Assembly: GCA_965209035.1 (NCBI GenBank)
Contig: OZ242372.1
Span: 2,114,279-2,178,278, forward strand
Length of the DNA stretch: 64,000 nt
Source: Gammaproteobacteria bacterium
GTDB lineage: Bacteria > Pseudomonadota > Gammaproteobacteria > CBDBNL01 > JAAOII01
Reading direction: 5' to 3'
Positions 40,396-51,789 of the stretch are shown piece after piece. Each line of letters begins with the position of its first letter. Position 1 is the first letter of the stretch. Both the position numbers and the translations under genes were made by a program. The notes below the pieces were generated by a model, which made no database searches, had not been told where the DNA came from, and saw only the letters and a list, made by a program, of their open reading frames with translations.

Positions 40396-40818
40396 ATGAA
40401 AACAAGTTTTTTGCCAACAGAAAAGGCGCAGTGGTATCTGGCGGATGCAACCGACAGATCACCGGGGCGTTTGGCAACGGAAGTGGCTATTCGCCTGAGA
40501 GGCAAGCACAGACCCGACTATGCGCCGGGCGTAGACCTGGGAGACAGCGTCATCGTAATCAACGCGGCAAAGGTAAAGATTACCGGAAATAAAAAAGAAG
40601 GTAAGATTTACTATCGCCATTCGGGATATCCGGGAGCCCTGAAAGAAGAAAAATTGGGCGAAGTTTTGCAAAAGAAACCGGAAAATGTGATTTTACGCGC
40701 AGTGAAAGGAATGTTGCCAAAAGGCCCTTTGGGGAGGCAGATGATGCGGCGTTTGAGAGTGTATGCCAACGCCGAGCATCCGCATTCCGGACAATCGCCG
40801 ATCGACTTAAAGATTTAA
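40396..40818 (+). CDS. rplM: 50S ribosomal protein L13
   Basis: GRLAT, LRGKH, GDSVIVINA, YYRHSGYPG, AVKGMLPK. Confidence 0.97.
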   Translation: MKTSFLPTEKAQWYLADATDRSPGRLATEVAIRLRGKHRPDYAPGVDLGDSVIVINAAKVKITGNKKEGKIYYRHSGYPGALKEEKLGEVLQKKPENVILRAVKGMLPKGPLGRQMMRRLRVYANAEHPHSGQSPIDLKI

Positions 40819-40837
40819 CAAATTGGGCATATAAACG

Positions 40838-41737
40838 ATGAACGACAAGGATTCAGAAAGCATGGGCATGGGCAAGGACGTGAACGAGGATCACTCCGAA
40901 AAGGCGACAGCCGCAACAACTGCCGCAAGTGCCACAATCGACGAGGCACCTTCGGGGGAAGTTAAAGCTAAAGGGGAAGTTAAAACTAAAGTGGAAGATA
41001 AATCCAAGTCCAAACCCGCGGCACCGGAACCTGTGAAAACAACCCCGAACAGTTCCGGGACCGCAGGCGTATCCGGTGATGCGGGTGCAAAGCAAGCAAA
41101 AGCAACGGGGGCAGGCGAAGGAGAACGAACGCAACAAACACAACGCAGAGAAACCGGCGAAGCAACGAGTGCTTCCGGACGCTTTGCGGAAAAAAGAGGG
41201 ACACGTCCGGACTCGGAGAGACAACCGCATCTTTCTTATGTGGCGAGACGCGATGCTATGGAACTTGCGGATCTGGAAGCCAAGCAAAAAGTCCGGGCCG
41301 AGAGAGACCTGTTAGGAAGAAAGAAGTTTTCCGAAGCAATTGCGGAAATCACGCCCGATCGGGTGTTGTATGCAACCGGCAGACGCAAGACTTCCAGTGC
41401 CAGGGTGTATATGAAAATCGGCAGCGGAAAGATTACGATTAATAACAGAAGTCCGGAAGATTATTTTGCCCGTAAGAACCTGGTTGTTTTAATAAAACAG
41501 CCCCTGGTAAAAATGGGAGCGGACAAAATGTTTGATCTCTCCGTTCGAGTGCAAAGCGGCGGAATTAGCGGTCAGGCGGGTGCGGTCCGACACGGTATTG
41601 CACGCGCTTTGGTAAAATACGACGAAGAAAAAAATCTGCGCCGGGCCGGTTTGATAACGCGCGATCCGCGATCCGTGGAACGCAAAAAGGTGGGATTACA
41701 TAAGGCACGCAAACGCCCGCAATATTCCAAGCGATAG
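40838..41737 (+). CDS. rpsI: 30S ribosomal protein S9 with long N-terminal extension
   Basis: C-terminal ~125 aa: [56 protein letters not shown]. Confidence 0.95.
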   Translation: MNDKDSESMGMGKDVNEDHSEKATAATTAASATIDEAPSGEVKAKGEVKTKVEDKSKSKPAAPEPVKTTPNSSGTAGVSGDAGAKQAKATGAGEGERTQQTQRRETGEATSASGRFAEKRGTRPDSERQPHLSYVARRDAMELADLEAKQKVRAERDLLGRKKFSEAIAEITPDRVLYATGRRKTSSARVYMKIGSGKITINNRSPEDYFARKNLVVLIKQPLVKMGADKMFDLSVRVQSGGISGQAGAVRHGIARALVKYDEEKNLRRAGLITRDPRSVERKKVGLHKARKRPQYSKR

Positions 41738-42051
41738 TCGAAAAGCCCGCATCGTCTTTAATTGCCCGTCCGCAGCATTGCTCGCCGGACAACAAAATAA
41801 CGGGAACATCAAGTCCGGGAGCATGCCGTATCGTGTTCAAGGATCAGCGGGTAGTTGCAAGCCAAAGTCTTCCGGGATTCCCTTTTTTTGCTCTCTAAAA
41901 CCTCTCTAATCAATCATTGACTAAACGAACGGAATGCATTAAAGGCTTGCGTCGTGCAATCTAAGCCGCGAGGAGCATCGGGAGCATCTTAAACTGTGCC
42001 GGCAGAATCTAATCTGCAAGGCTAATTTGTGGGGGTAATCTTACGAAAGTG

Positions 42052-43377
<1,326 letters not shown>

Positions 43378-44238
43378 TTAATGGTTGCCGCCGAGGATAT
43401 TTTTTATCAGAGTATCCAGTCGGTGCATATCGGTTAGAAATCGGTTAAGTTGTTCCAGGGGAAGGGCACAGGGGCCGTCGCATTTTGCCTTTGCCGGTTC
43501 CGGGTGTGTTTCCAGGAATAGTCCCGCCAATCCCTGGGAAATACCCGCCCGGGCAAGGTCGGCAACCGCGTCTCCTCTGCCGCCGGCCGCAATTCCCTTG
43601 CCACCGGGCAGTTGCAACGCATGGGTGACATCAAAGATGACGGGGTAGTTGGTTTTTTTCATAGTCCTAAAGCCGAGCATATCCACCACCAGGTTGTTGT
43701 AGCCAAAGGAGGTTCCCCGCTCGCAAAGCATCAGGCGGTCGTTGTTCGCGGCGTTCATCTTTTTAACGATGTTAACCATTTCCGCCGGGCTGAGAAACTG
43801 CGCTTTTTTGATATTGACCGGCTTACCGCAAGAGGCAATGGCAAGAACCAGGTCGGTTTGGCGCACCAAAAAAGCGGGTATCTGCAAAACATCACAAACT
43901 TCCGAGACGGGTTTTGCCTGGTGCGATTCGTGAACATCCGTCAGAACCGGAACCCGGAACTCGGTTTTGATGTCCTGTAAGATGCGTAATCCCTCTTCCA
44001 GTCCGGGACCGCGAAAGGAGTCCAAGGAAGAGCGGTTTGCCTTATCAAAGGATCCTTTGAATATGTAAGGTATTTTTAACCGTTCCGTTATCTCGCAAAA
44101 TGTTTCGGCGACTTGCCTTGCCAGATCGCGACTCTCGAGGACATTGACGCCGCCAATAATCACCAAAGGCAGGTGATTGCCAATCCGAACGGGATGGCTG
44201 TCGCCGATTTGAATGATTTTTTCCGGCATGCTGATCAT
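43378..44238 (-). CDS. kdsA: 3-deoxy-8-phosphooctulonate synthase
   Basis: [51 protein letters not shown]. Confidence 0.97.
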   Translation of the reverse strand: MISMPEKIIQIGDSHPVRIGNHLPLVIIGGVNVLESRDLARQVAETFCEITERLKIPYIFKGSFDKANRSSLDSFRGPGLEEGLRILQDIKTEFRVPVLTDVHESHQAKPVSEVCDVLQIPAFLVRQTDLVLAIASCGKPVNIKKAQFLSPAEMVNIVKKMNAANNDRLMLCERGTSFGYNNLVVDMLGFRTMKKTNYPVIFDVTHALQLPGGKGIAAGGRGDAVADLARAGISQGLAGLFLETHPEPAKAKCDGPCALPLEQLNRFLTDMHRLDTLIKNILGGNH

Positions 44239-45899
44239 TAAGACGACACGGATTTCCAGTTTTGCTGCGCCTTTTTTAAATCACGGGCCGTCAGCAAAAA
44301 ACTTTTGAAAAGAGGGTGGCAGTCGGTCGGCGATGAGGTGAATTCGGGATGAAATTGACAGCCGATGAACCAGGGATGGTCTTTCAGTTCAATGGCTTCA
44401 ACCAAATCATCGCGCGATCTGCCGACCACGTGCATCCCTTTTTCTTCCAGTAAGGGGACGAACTTGGGATTAATCTCGTATCTGTGGCGATGGCGTTCGT
44501 AAATTTTTGCCTTGCCGTAGATCTTTCTGAGCAGGCTGTTGTCTCCAATGAGACACTCTTGCTCGCCGAGGCGCATGGTGCCGCCCATGTCCCGGGATGC
44601 CCGCTTAACCTTGCCCGCGTTGTCTTCCCATTCATTGACCAGACTCACAACCGGCGCATCCGTATCCGGGTCTATTTCCGTGCTATTGGCTTTTTTTAGG
44701 TTCAGTTGATTGCGGGCAAACTCCGCGACCGCCATTTGCATGCCGAAGCAGATCCCCAAATAGGGCGTCCCGGTTCGGCGTGCGTATTCTATGGCGATGA
44801 GTTTGCCCTCCGAACCGCGATGCCCAAAAGCACCCGGGATCAAGATGGCATCTACCGAATTCAACAGTTCTTCGGCCTGTCCGGTCTCCAGTAACTCGGC
44901 ATCCACATACTTGACGGACGGCTCAATGTGGGTGTGGATGCCGGCATGATCTATGGCCTCATTGAGTGACTTGTAGGCGTCTATTAATTCGGTATACTTT
45001 CCGATCATCGCAATGTTAACTCGGTGCGACTTTGGCACACCTCTTATTTTTTGCCATTTCTCCAGATTGGGTTTTTTGTCTTTGAGTCCCAGTTTGCGAA
45101 TGATATTTTGATCGACGCCTCTTTCGTGCAGCAAAAACGGCAAATTGTAAATATCCTTAAGATTTTCCATGGAAATAACCGATTCCTGTTCCACATTGGT
45201 AAACAGAGATATTTTTTTTAATGCCTGTTCTTGGACTCTCCTTTCGCTGCGACAGATCAGAATATCCGGTTGCAGGCCGATGGAACGCATTTCCTTGACC
45301 GAATGTTGGGTCGGCTTGGTTTTGATTTCGCCGGCGTTATGCAGGTAGGGGATCCAGGTGATATGGATGAACAGGGTGTTGCCGCTCCCCAATTCCAACC
45401 GTATTTGCCGAATGGCTTCCAAAAAGGGGAGCGATTCAATATCGCCGACAGTGCCGCCAATTTCCACCAAAGTAATATCCGTATCCCGCCCCACCTTACG
45501 GATCACGCGTTTAATCTCATCCGTGATGTGCGGTATCACCTGAACGGTCTCTCCCAGAAATTCTCCCTTGCGCTCTCTTGCGATGATATTGGCGTAGATG
45601 CGGCCGCTGGTGTAGTTATTCTCCCGTGTCATACGGGTGCCGGTGAAGCGTTCATAATGCCCGAGATCCAAATCGGTTTCCGCGCCATCGTAGGTGACAA
45701 AGACCTCGCCGTGCTGGAAGGGGTTCATTGTGCCGGGATCCACATTGATGTAGGGGTCCAACTTTAGAAGGGAGACTTTCATTTCGCGCGCAGTCAACAG
45801 AGTCCCTATGACCGAAGTGGCGATTCCCTTGCCGAGGCCGGAGACCACGCCGCCCGTAATAAAGATATACTTTTTATTGTTGGGTTTGTTTGGTGTCAT
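44238..45899 (-). CDS. pyrG: CTP synthase
   Basis: [51 protein letters not shown]. Confidence 0.98.
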   Translation of the reverse strand: MTPNKPNNKKYIFITGGVVSGLGKGIATSVIGTLLTAREMKVSLLKLDPYINVDPGTMNPFQHGEVFVTYDGAETDLDLGHYERFTGTRMTRENNYTSGRIYANIIARERKGEFLGETVQVIPHITDEIKRVIRKVGRDTDITLVEIGGTVGDIESLPFLEAIRQIRLELGSGNTLFIHITWIPYLHNAGEIKTKPTQHSVKEMRSIGLQPDILICRSERRVQEQALKKISLFTNVEQESVISMENLKDIYNLPFLLHERGVDQNIIRKLGLKDKKPNLEKWQKIRGVPKSHRVNIAMIGKYTELIDAYKSLNEAIDHAGIHTHIEPSVKYVDAELLETGQAEELLNSVDAILIPGAFGHRGSEGKLIAIEYARRTGTPYLGICFGMQMAVAEFARNQLNLKKANSTEIDPDTDAPVVSLVNEWEDNAGKVKRASRDMGGTMRLGEQECLIGDNSLLRKIYGKAKIYERHRHRYEINPKFVPLLEEKGMHVVGRSRDDLVEAIELKDHPWFIGCQFHPEFTSSPTDCHPLFKSFLLTARDLKKAQQNWKSVSS

Positions 45900-45962
45900 G
45901 GCAATAGAAACTAAAACGGAAACGGAAACAAGAACAAACTGAGACGGAAGCCCAAGAGATTA

Positions 45963-46033
45963 AGCGGATGAAGGGAATCGAACCCTCACTAAAAGCTTGG
46001 GAAGCTTTCGTTCTACCATTGAACTACATCCGC
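45963..46033 (-). tRNA. tRNA-Gly(CCC), 3' CCA not encoded
   Basis: Minus strand GCGGATGTAGTTCAATGGTAGAACGAAAGCTTCCCAAGCTTTTAGTGAGGGTTCGATTCCCTTCATCCGCT: acceptor GCGGATG/CATCCGC, anticodon stem AAAGC/GCTTT around CCC, T-loop TTCGATT. Confidence 0.96.
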
Positions 46034-46188
46034 CTCGCGGGTCCATTGTGTTGCAAAATAAATGATTGTATCCTCCTTTTGGTTTTCTTATTCTTATTTT
46101 ATATCCGAATGGCTTATATATTTGCGAAGTTTTCATAATATCGGGGGTTGCGACATCTCTTAAATGGCGTCTTTTTAAATAGCGCCTT

Positions 46189-48291
46189 TTAAATGGCCCC
46201 ATATTGTTTTTTCCGCTTTAGCCAGCGGTTAATGAGAGCGGCTTGATTTCCCGAGGAATCTTGCAGCATTTTTTCGCTAAGTGTCACCACCGTGGAACTC
46301 AGCGAGTGATGAATGGCGGGATTTGCTATTTTGAATTCCGGCATGCCGCTTTGTTTGGTCCCCAGTATTTCACCCGTGCCGCGCCATTTCATATCGGCTT
46401 CGGCAATCTCAAAGCCGGAAGAACATTTGCACATTAATTGTAATCGTTGTTTTGCTTGCGGGGAAAGCGGTTCCTGATAACAGAGAACACAATAACTTTC
46501 CAGATTGCCCCTGCCGACCCGGCCGCGCAACTGGTGTAATTGGGAGAGACCGAGCCGTTCGGCATTTTCTATGACCATGAAATTGGCATTCGGCACATCC
46601 ACACCGACTTCTATGACGGTGGTTGCCACCAACAATTCCGTTTTACCGGAATGAAAGTCCGCCATGGCCATTCGCTTGGTGTCGGCGTGGCATCTGCCAT
46701 GCACCAGATCGATATTCACTTCCGGCATAGCATTGTGCAGATGTACCGCCATCTTTTCCGCCGCTTCGGCATTGAGAATTTCGGATTCTTCAATGAGAGG
46801 GCAAACCCAATAGACTTGAACCCCCTTTGCGATCTGTTTGCGTATGCGTTCTATGAGTTGCGGGCGTTTTTCCGAACTCAGCGGAACTGTGGAACAGGGC
46901 AGGCGCCCGGGCGGCAAGTCTTTAATGGACGATACATCCATGTTGGCAAAAAGAGTCTGGGCGAGGGTGCGCGGAATGGGTGTGGCGGTCATGAGTAATT
47001 GATGCGGATGGAGTGCTTCGCCTTTCTTGTGCAGCAGGAAGCGTTGTTCCACGCCAAACCTGTGTTGTTCGTCTATGATGCACAAACCAAGTTTGGCGAA
47101 TTGGACGGATTCTTGAAACAACGCATGGGTTCCTATGATCATCTGTGCGGTTCCGTCCGCAATTTCCAAGCCGTTAACTTGCTTGGCTTTGGCTGTCATT
47201 CTGCCAAGCAGAGGAACAACCCGAATATTTAATGCCCCAAACCATTCGTCAAACCGGGCAAGGTGCTGTTGTGCGAGTATTTCGGTGGGCGCCATGAGTG
47301 CCACCTGATAGCCGGATGCGATGGCTTGCAAGGCGGCAAAAGCCGCCACCAATGTCTTGCCGCAGCCGACATCTCCCTGAACGAGGCGTGTCATGGGATG
47401 CGGCTGTTCCAGGTCCGCCCGGATTTCCGTCAAACTTTTCTGTTGTCCGGCTGTCAGTTCAAAAGGCAGCGAGTTTTGCAGTTTTTGCCAAAGTTCTTCG
47501 GGAGATACCAGGGGCGGGGCGGTGAGTTTGACGCGACTGTTCTTTTCTTTTAGCAATGCAAGACGGTAGGCGGTCAGTTCTTCCAATGCCAGTCTGCACT
47601 GTGCCGGATGCAGTCTGTCCAACAAAACGGAAATATCAATCTGAGGCGGCGGATAATGCATGATGTGCAGGGCTTCGGTCAGATCTGTTTGGCATATTTT
47701 CATTAGATCATCGGACAGAGAAGGTTCCGTATATTCGGGCAGAAGGTTGGGTAATCGTTGCTTGCCGAGTTCGTCCAGGGCGGTGCGAATCAAGCCGCGT
47801 ATTTGCCGCTGGCTAACACCGGCGGTTAGCGGGTACACGGGTGTTAAGGAGGCTTCCAACGGCAGTGGGCTGTCTTTGGAAACAAAAGTGCATTCCGGAT
47901 GAGCCATTTCCGCTTCTCCTCTCGCATTCATCCGCACCTTGCCAAAGCATCTCAGCCGAGTTCCCACCGAAAAGGTGGCTTTCATTTTTGAACTGAAATG
48001 AAAGTAGGTCATATGCAAACGATGCCCGTTGTCTTCGCCTTCTTGCAGAGTGAGACGCATCCTGCGGAATCTTCCCCAAAGAGTTTTGTTGTCAATGATC
48101 ACCCCTTGCACCAGGGCAAAATGGCCGTGGCGGAGATTGCGTATGGGGGTGAGGCGCGTCCGATCTTGGTAATCGCAGGGAAGATGGAACAAAAGATCAG
48201 CCAGTGTGTGAATATCCAACCCGGACAATTTTTTTGCAACCTGTTCGCCAACCCCCTTGAGGATGGTAACCGGACGGTTCATCCCCTCCAT
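46189..48291 (-). CDS. recG: ATP-dependent DNA helicase RecG
   Basis: LVQGDVGCGKT, MAPTEILAQQH, IIDEQHRFGV, MTATPIPRTL, QLHQLRGRVGRG. Confidence 0.97.
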   Translation of the reverse strand: MEGMNRPVTILKGVGEQVAKKLSGLDIHTLADLLFHLPCDYQDRTRLTPIRNLRHGHFALVQGVIIDNKTLWGRFRRMRLTLQEGEDNGHRLHMTYFHFSSKMKATFSVGTRLRCFGKVRMNARGEAEMAHPECTFVSKDSPLPLEASLTPVYPLTAGVSQRQIRGLIRTALDELGKQRLPNLLPEYTEPSLSDDLMKICQTDLTEALHIMHYPPPQIDISVLLDRLHPAQCRLALEELTAYRLALLKEKNSRVKLTAPPLVSPEELWQKLQNSLPFELTAGQQKSLTEIRADLEQPHPMTRLVQGDVGCGKTLVAAFAALQAIASGYQVALMAPTEILAQQHLARFDEWFGALNIRVVPLLGRMTAKAKQVNGLEIADGTAQMIIGTHALFQESVQFAKLGLCIIDEQHRFGVEQRFLLHKKGEALHPHQLLMTATPIPRTLAQTLFANMDVSSIKDLPPGRLPCSTVPLSSEKRPQLIERIRKQIAKGVQVYWVCPLIEESEILNAEAAEKMAVHLHNAMPEVNIDLVHGRCHADTKRMAMADFHSGKTELLVATTVIEVGVDVPNANFMVIENAERLGLSQLHQLRGRVGRGNLESYCVLCYQEPLSPQAKQRLQLMCKCSSGFEIAEADMKWRGTGEILGTKQSGMPEFKIANPAIHHSLSSTVVTLSEKMLQDSSGNQAALINRWLKRKKQYGAI

Positions 48292-48357
48292 ACTATTCGG
48301 GATGCCCGGGATGTTTGGGATATTTGAGGTGTGTAATTGTAATGCGGTGTAATGTTG

Positions 48358-48918
48358 TTAAGCGGTTTTTGGGGAAGCCCCCAAAAGAGGATAAAGGAAA
48401 CGATAAAAAGGCAAGAATAAAACAGACATCAGTAGTTTTACGACCAGATCGCCCGCGGCGAATTGAACCCAAGGAGTTTGCGTGCCCGCAAATGCAAGCG
48501 AAAAGAACATCGCCGAATCCAACGCCGAAGATAATGCCGTGGAAATCAGAGGGACTTGCCACCATTGCATGTGCCGCAGGCGGTGAAAAATAAGAACATT
48601 GCAAAGACCGCTCACCAGAAAGGCGCTGCCGGATGCGACGGCAATGCGAACCGGAGCAGTGGCAAAAGAAAGAATCACGCCGACAATAAAACCGAAAAAC
48701 ACAATTCGCTTGGCAAATGCGATGCCTCTTGTTCGGTTGGCAATATCCTCTATCAGAAAAGCAATCGGATAGGAGAAGGCGCTAAAAGTGAGCCAGTTCC
48801 CAATTTGGTCGTGTGGTAAGGGAAATTGCACCAAATAGTTTGAAAGGGCAATGACAGCCGCCATGCTGATGCAGAAAAAAACGAAGCCTTTGCCGCCACT
48901 CAGATTGACCGATTGCAT
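48358..48918 (-). CDS. queuosine precursor transporter (VUT/YhhQ family)
   Basis: SNYLVQ, YPIAFL..D, RIAVAS..AFLVS, LDS..FF.LAF, D...K. Confidence 0.82.
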   Translation of the reverse strand: MQSVNLSGGKGFVFFCISMAAVIALSNYLVQFPLPHDQIGNWLTFSAFSYPIAFLIEDIANRTRGIAFAKRIVFFGFIVGVILSFATAPVRIAVASGSAFLVSGLCNVLIFHRLRHMQWWQVPLISTALSSALDSAMFFSLAFAGTQTPWVQFAAGDLVVKLLMSVLFLPFYRFLYPLLGASPKTA

Positions 48919-49049
48919 GTTGTTATGAAACTTCCAACTTCCCGCCGCCGCTTATGCTGCCGCTTATAAGGTGGCGATTAAGGTGACGGGGCGACCGGCG
49001 CGACTATGCGGGAGAACAGGAACGGAAGGGGGACAGGACTTTCACACTT

Positions 49050-50225
49050 TCATCCCAACAGGGATTTTAGCCGTTTGAGAGCCTCAAGCAGATGCGCGTC
49101 CGAGGTTGCATAGGAGACGCGCACATGACCGGGCGCGCCGAACGCACTTCCCGGAACCAGTGCGACGTGTCCCTGTTCCAAAACATAGGAGCAGAACGCA
49201 ACATCGTCTTTAATATTGGGCATACGGTCCATCACTTGTTTAACCGAAGGAAACAGATAAAAAGCTCCGTCCGCGGGCAAACAAGCAATGCCGTCAATAG
49301 AATTTAAGCCATCCAGCATGATTTGATGCCTTCTTTGAAAACTTCGCAGCATTTCGTGCGTGTGTGCCAGCCCGCCGCGCAGCGCGCCCAGTGCCGCATA
49401 CTGGGCCACGGTAGTCGGGTTGGAGGTGCTTTGTGATTGTGCTTTTTTCATTGCGCGGATGATGTCGGCATTGCCGGCCGTCCAACCAATCCGCCAGCCG
49501 GTCATCGCATGACTCTTGGATACGCCGTTGATGATGAGAGTTCTTTCGGCCAGTTGCGGGCAAACATTTAAGATATTACAAAATTCTCCGTTCCAAAGAA
49601 TATGCCGATAGATGTCATCGCTGGCAATGACAATGTTGGGGTATCCCATAAGAAAATCTGCCAAGGCGCGCAGTTCTTCCTTAGTGTAGCACTTGCCGGT
49701 CGGGTTGGACGGGCTGTTAAGAAAGAGAAGGCGTGTCTTTTGTGTGACCGCGGATTCCAGCATCCCGGGGGTGATCTTAAAATTGTTCTCCGGCCCGGCG
49801 AGTAGCGGCACCGGTGTTGCACCACAAAAGGCAACGATATCCGGATAGGATACCCAGTAGGGTGCCGGGATAACCGCTTCGTCTCCCTCTTCCAAAAGCA
49901 CCAATGCCAGGTTAAACAAACTCTGCTTGGCGCCGACACTGACAATGATTTCTGCCGGTTTGTATTCCAGTTTTTCATCTGCGGCAATAGTGCGGATAAT
50001 CTGTTGTTTTAATTCGGGAATGCCGTCTACGGCGGTATAGTGCGATTGATCCTTATTAATTGCCGCAATCCCGGCTTCCTTGGCCGCCGGCGAACTTGGG
50101 AAATCCGGTTCGCCCGCACCCAGGCCAATCACATCCTTTCCCTGTGCGCGTAATTCCGCAGCCTTGGCGGTGACCGCCAGGGTGGGGGACAGCCGAATGG
50201 CGGAAATTCGTTTTGTGAGTTTCAT
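49050..50225 (-). CDS. PLP-dependent class I/II aminotransferase (aspartate aminotransferase-like)
   Basis: GEPDF, GAKQSL, PYWVSY, NSPSNPTG, SDDIY, NGVSKSHAMTGWRIG. Confidence 0.93.
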   Translation of the reverse strand: MKLTKRISAIRLSPTLAVTAKAAELRAQGKDVIGLGAGEPDFPSSPAAKEAGIAAINKDQSHYTAVDGIPELKQQIIRTIAADEKLEYKPAEIIVSVGAKQSLFNLALVLLEEGDEAVIPAPYWVSYPDIVAFCGATPVPLLAGPENNFKITPGMLESAVTQKTRLLFLNSPSNPTGKCYTKEELRALADFLMGYPNIVIASDDIYRHILWNGEFCNILNVCPQLAERTLIINGVSKSHAMTGWRIGWTAGNADIIRAMKKAQSQSTSNPTTVAQYAALGALRGGLAHTHEMLRSFQRRHQIMLDGLNSIDGIACLPADGAFYLFPSVKQVMDRMPNIKDDVAFCSYVLEQGHVALVPGSAFGAPGHVRVSYATSDAHLLEALKRLKSLLG

Positions 50226-50341
50226 TACTTTTATTATATACTTTCCGTGTTCTTATATGTATTTTGGCGTATAATAATTAGCGTTAAAGTATTAATCTTT
50301 GACAAATAAAATTTGTAAAAATCAATTAATTATCATTCATT

Positions 50342-51604
50342 ATGTATAAATCAATATTAAAATTTTTATCGGTTGCCATGATTTGCGGCAGTGTCGGGTT
50401 TGGAACTTCGGCATCCGCAGCCGGTGACTCGGTGGAAGTTCTTCACTGGTGGACCTCCGGCGGTGAAGCTGCGGCACTCCAAGTGCTTAAAAAAGATATG
50501 GCAAAAAAAGGCTATAAATGGGTTGATTCTCCCATCGCCGGCGGCGGCGGAGAACAGGCCATGACGGCACTTAAGGCGCGTGTAAATGCGGGTAAACCGC
50601 CTACTGCGGGCCAGTTTCTTGGCTTTGATATCACCGACTGGGCAAAACAAGACGCTTTGGCCAATTTAAATTCGGTGGCGGACAAGGAAGGTTGGAACAC
50701 GGTGGTTCCGGAAGCGTTACAAAAGTTTTCCAAGTATGACGGGAAATGGGTTGCGGCGCCGGTTAATGTGCATTCAACCAACTGGGTATGGGCGAACAAA
50801 AAAATTCTGGACGAAGTCGGAGCGGGTATTCCCTCCACTTGGAATGAGTTTATTGCGACCCTTAAGAAGATAGAAAAAGCCGGTTATATCGGGCTTGCCC
50901 ATGGCGGTCAGGCCTGGCAAGATGCCACTGTTTTTGACGGTGTTATTTTGTCCACGGGTGGCACGGACTTTTATCGCAAGTCCATGGTGGCATTGGATCC
51001 AAAAAGCTTGAACTCCGCTACCATGCGCAAAACCTTCGCAAGAATGAAGCAACTGCGCGATCTAGTTGACGAGAACTTCTCCGGCCGCGACTGGAATCTG
51101 GCAACGGCAATGGTCATAGAAGGCAAGGCCGGTATGCAGATCATGGGTGACTGGGCAAAAGGTGAGTTTCTAAATGCCGGTAAGAAACCCGGCGTAGACT
51201 TTGTCTGTTTTAGAGTTCCCGGCACACAGGGTGCGGTTACTTTTAATTCGGATCAGTTCGCTATGTTTAAAGTAGGGAAAGATTCGAAGAAAGCCCAAGA
51301 TGCTTTGGCAAGTTCCGTAATGTCGCCGGACTTTCAAATCGCGTTTAATGTGGTTAAAGGGTCTGTTCCGGCACGCACGGATGTTTCGGACAGTGAGTTT
51401 GACGACTGTGGCAAGAAGGGAATGAAAGACCTCGCCGAAGCCAACAGCAAGGGAACTCTCCTTGGCTCCATGGCACACGGTCATGCGGCTCCGGCAAGCG
51501 TTAAGAACGCTTTGTATGATGTGGTCACTGCTCACTTCAACGGGGAATATAACGCCCGTGCCGCTGCGAAAGAACTTGCGGCTGCGATCGCCGACGCACA
51601 ATAG
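50342..51604 (+). CDS. sugar ABC transporter substrate-binding protein (glucose/mannose type)
   Basis: Signal peptide, [44 protein letters not shown]. Confidence 0.92.
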   Translation: MYKSILKFLSVAMICGSVGFGTSASAAGDSVEVLHWWTSGGEAAALQVLKKDMAKKGYKWVDSPIAGGGGEQAMTALKARVNAGKPPTAGQFLGFDITDWAKQDALANLNSVADKEGWNTVVPEALQKFSKYDGKWVAAPVNVHSTNWVWANKKILDEVGAGIPSTWNEFIATLKKIEKAGYIGLAHGGQAWQDATVFDGVILSTGGTDFYRKSMVALDPKSLNSATMRKTFARMKQLRDLVDENFSGRDWNLATAMVIEGKAGMQIMGDWAKGEFLNAGKKPGVDFVCFRVPGTQGAVTFNSDQFAMFKVGKDSKKAQDALASSVMSPDFQIAFNVVKGSVPARTDVSDSEFDDCGKKGMKDLAEANSKGTLLGSMAHGHAAPASVKNALYDVVTAHFNGEYNARAAAKELAAAIADAQ

Positions 51605-51641
51605 GCACAATTCATTAATTGCTGCCGCCTTCATTAAGGCG

Positions 51642-51669
51642 AAAAGGCACCCTTTGGGTGCCTTTTTTT
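51642..51669 (+). terminator. intrinsic terminator, probably bidirectional
   Basis: aaaaggcaccc-ttt-gggtgccttttttt hairpin between convergent genes. Confidence 0.88.
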
Positions 51670-51789
51670 GTGCCAAAGTTGGATGGATTAAATGCAATTA
51701 AGGCACAAGTTAGGACGCAGTTAAGGCACAGTTAAGGCGTCATTAAGAAGGCACCATTTACGTAAATCAACTTTTACTTTTCTTTTCTT

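Noticed and set aside
41738-42051. Possible ncRNA or ftsB remnant in the rpsI-eno spacer
   Set aside because: No recognisable RNA family structure or FtsB-like translation by eye.
45900-46100. tRNA-Gly as the integration site of an island served by the recombinase at 3168
   Set aside because: The tRNA sits between core genes recG and pyrG, and I saw no duplicate of its 3' end in the window.
48919-49049. preQ1 riboswitch upstream of the queuosine precursor transporter
   Set aside because: No recognisable preQ1-I hairpin with A-rich tail on the minus strand.
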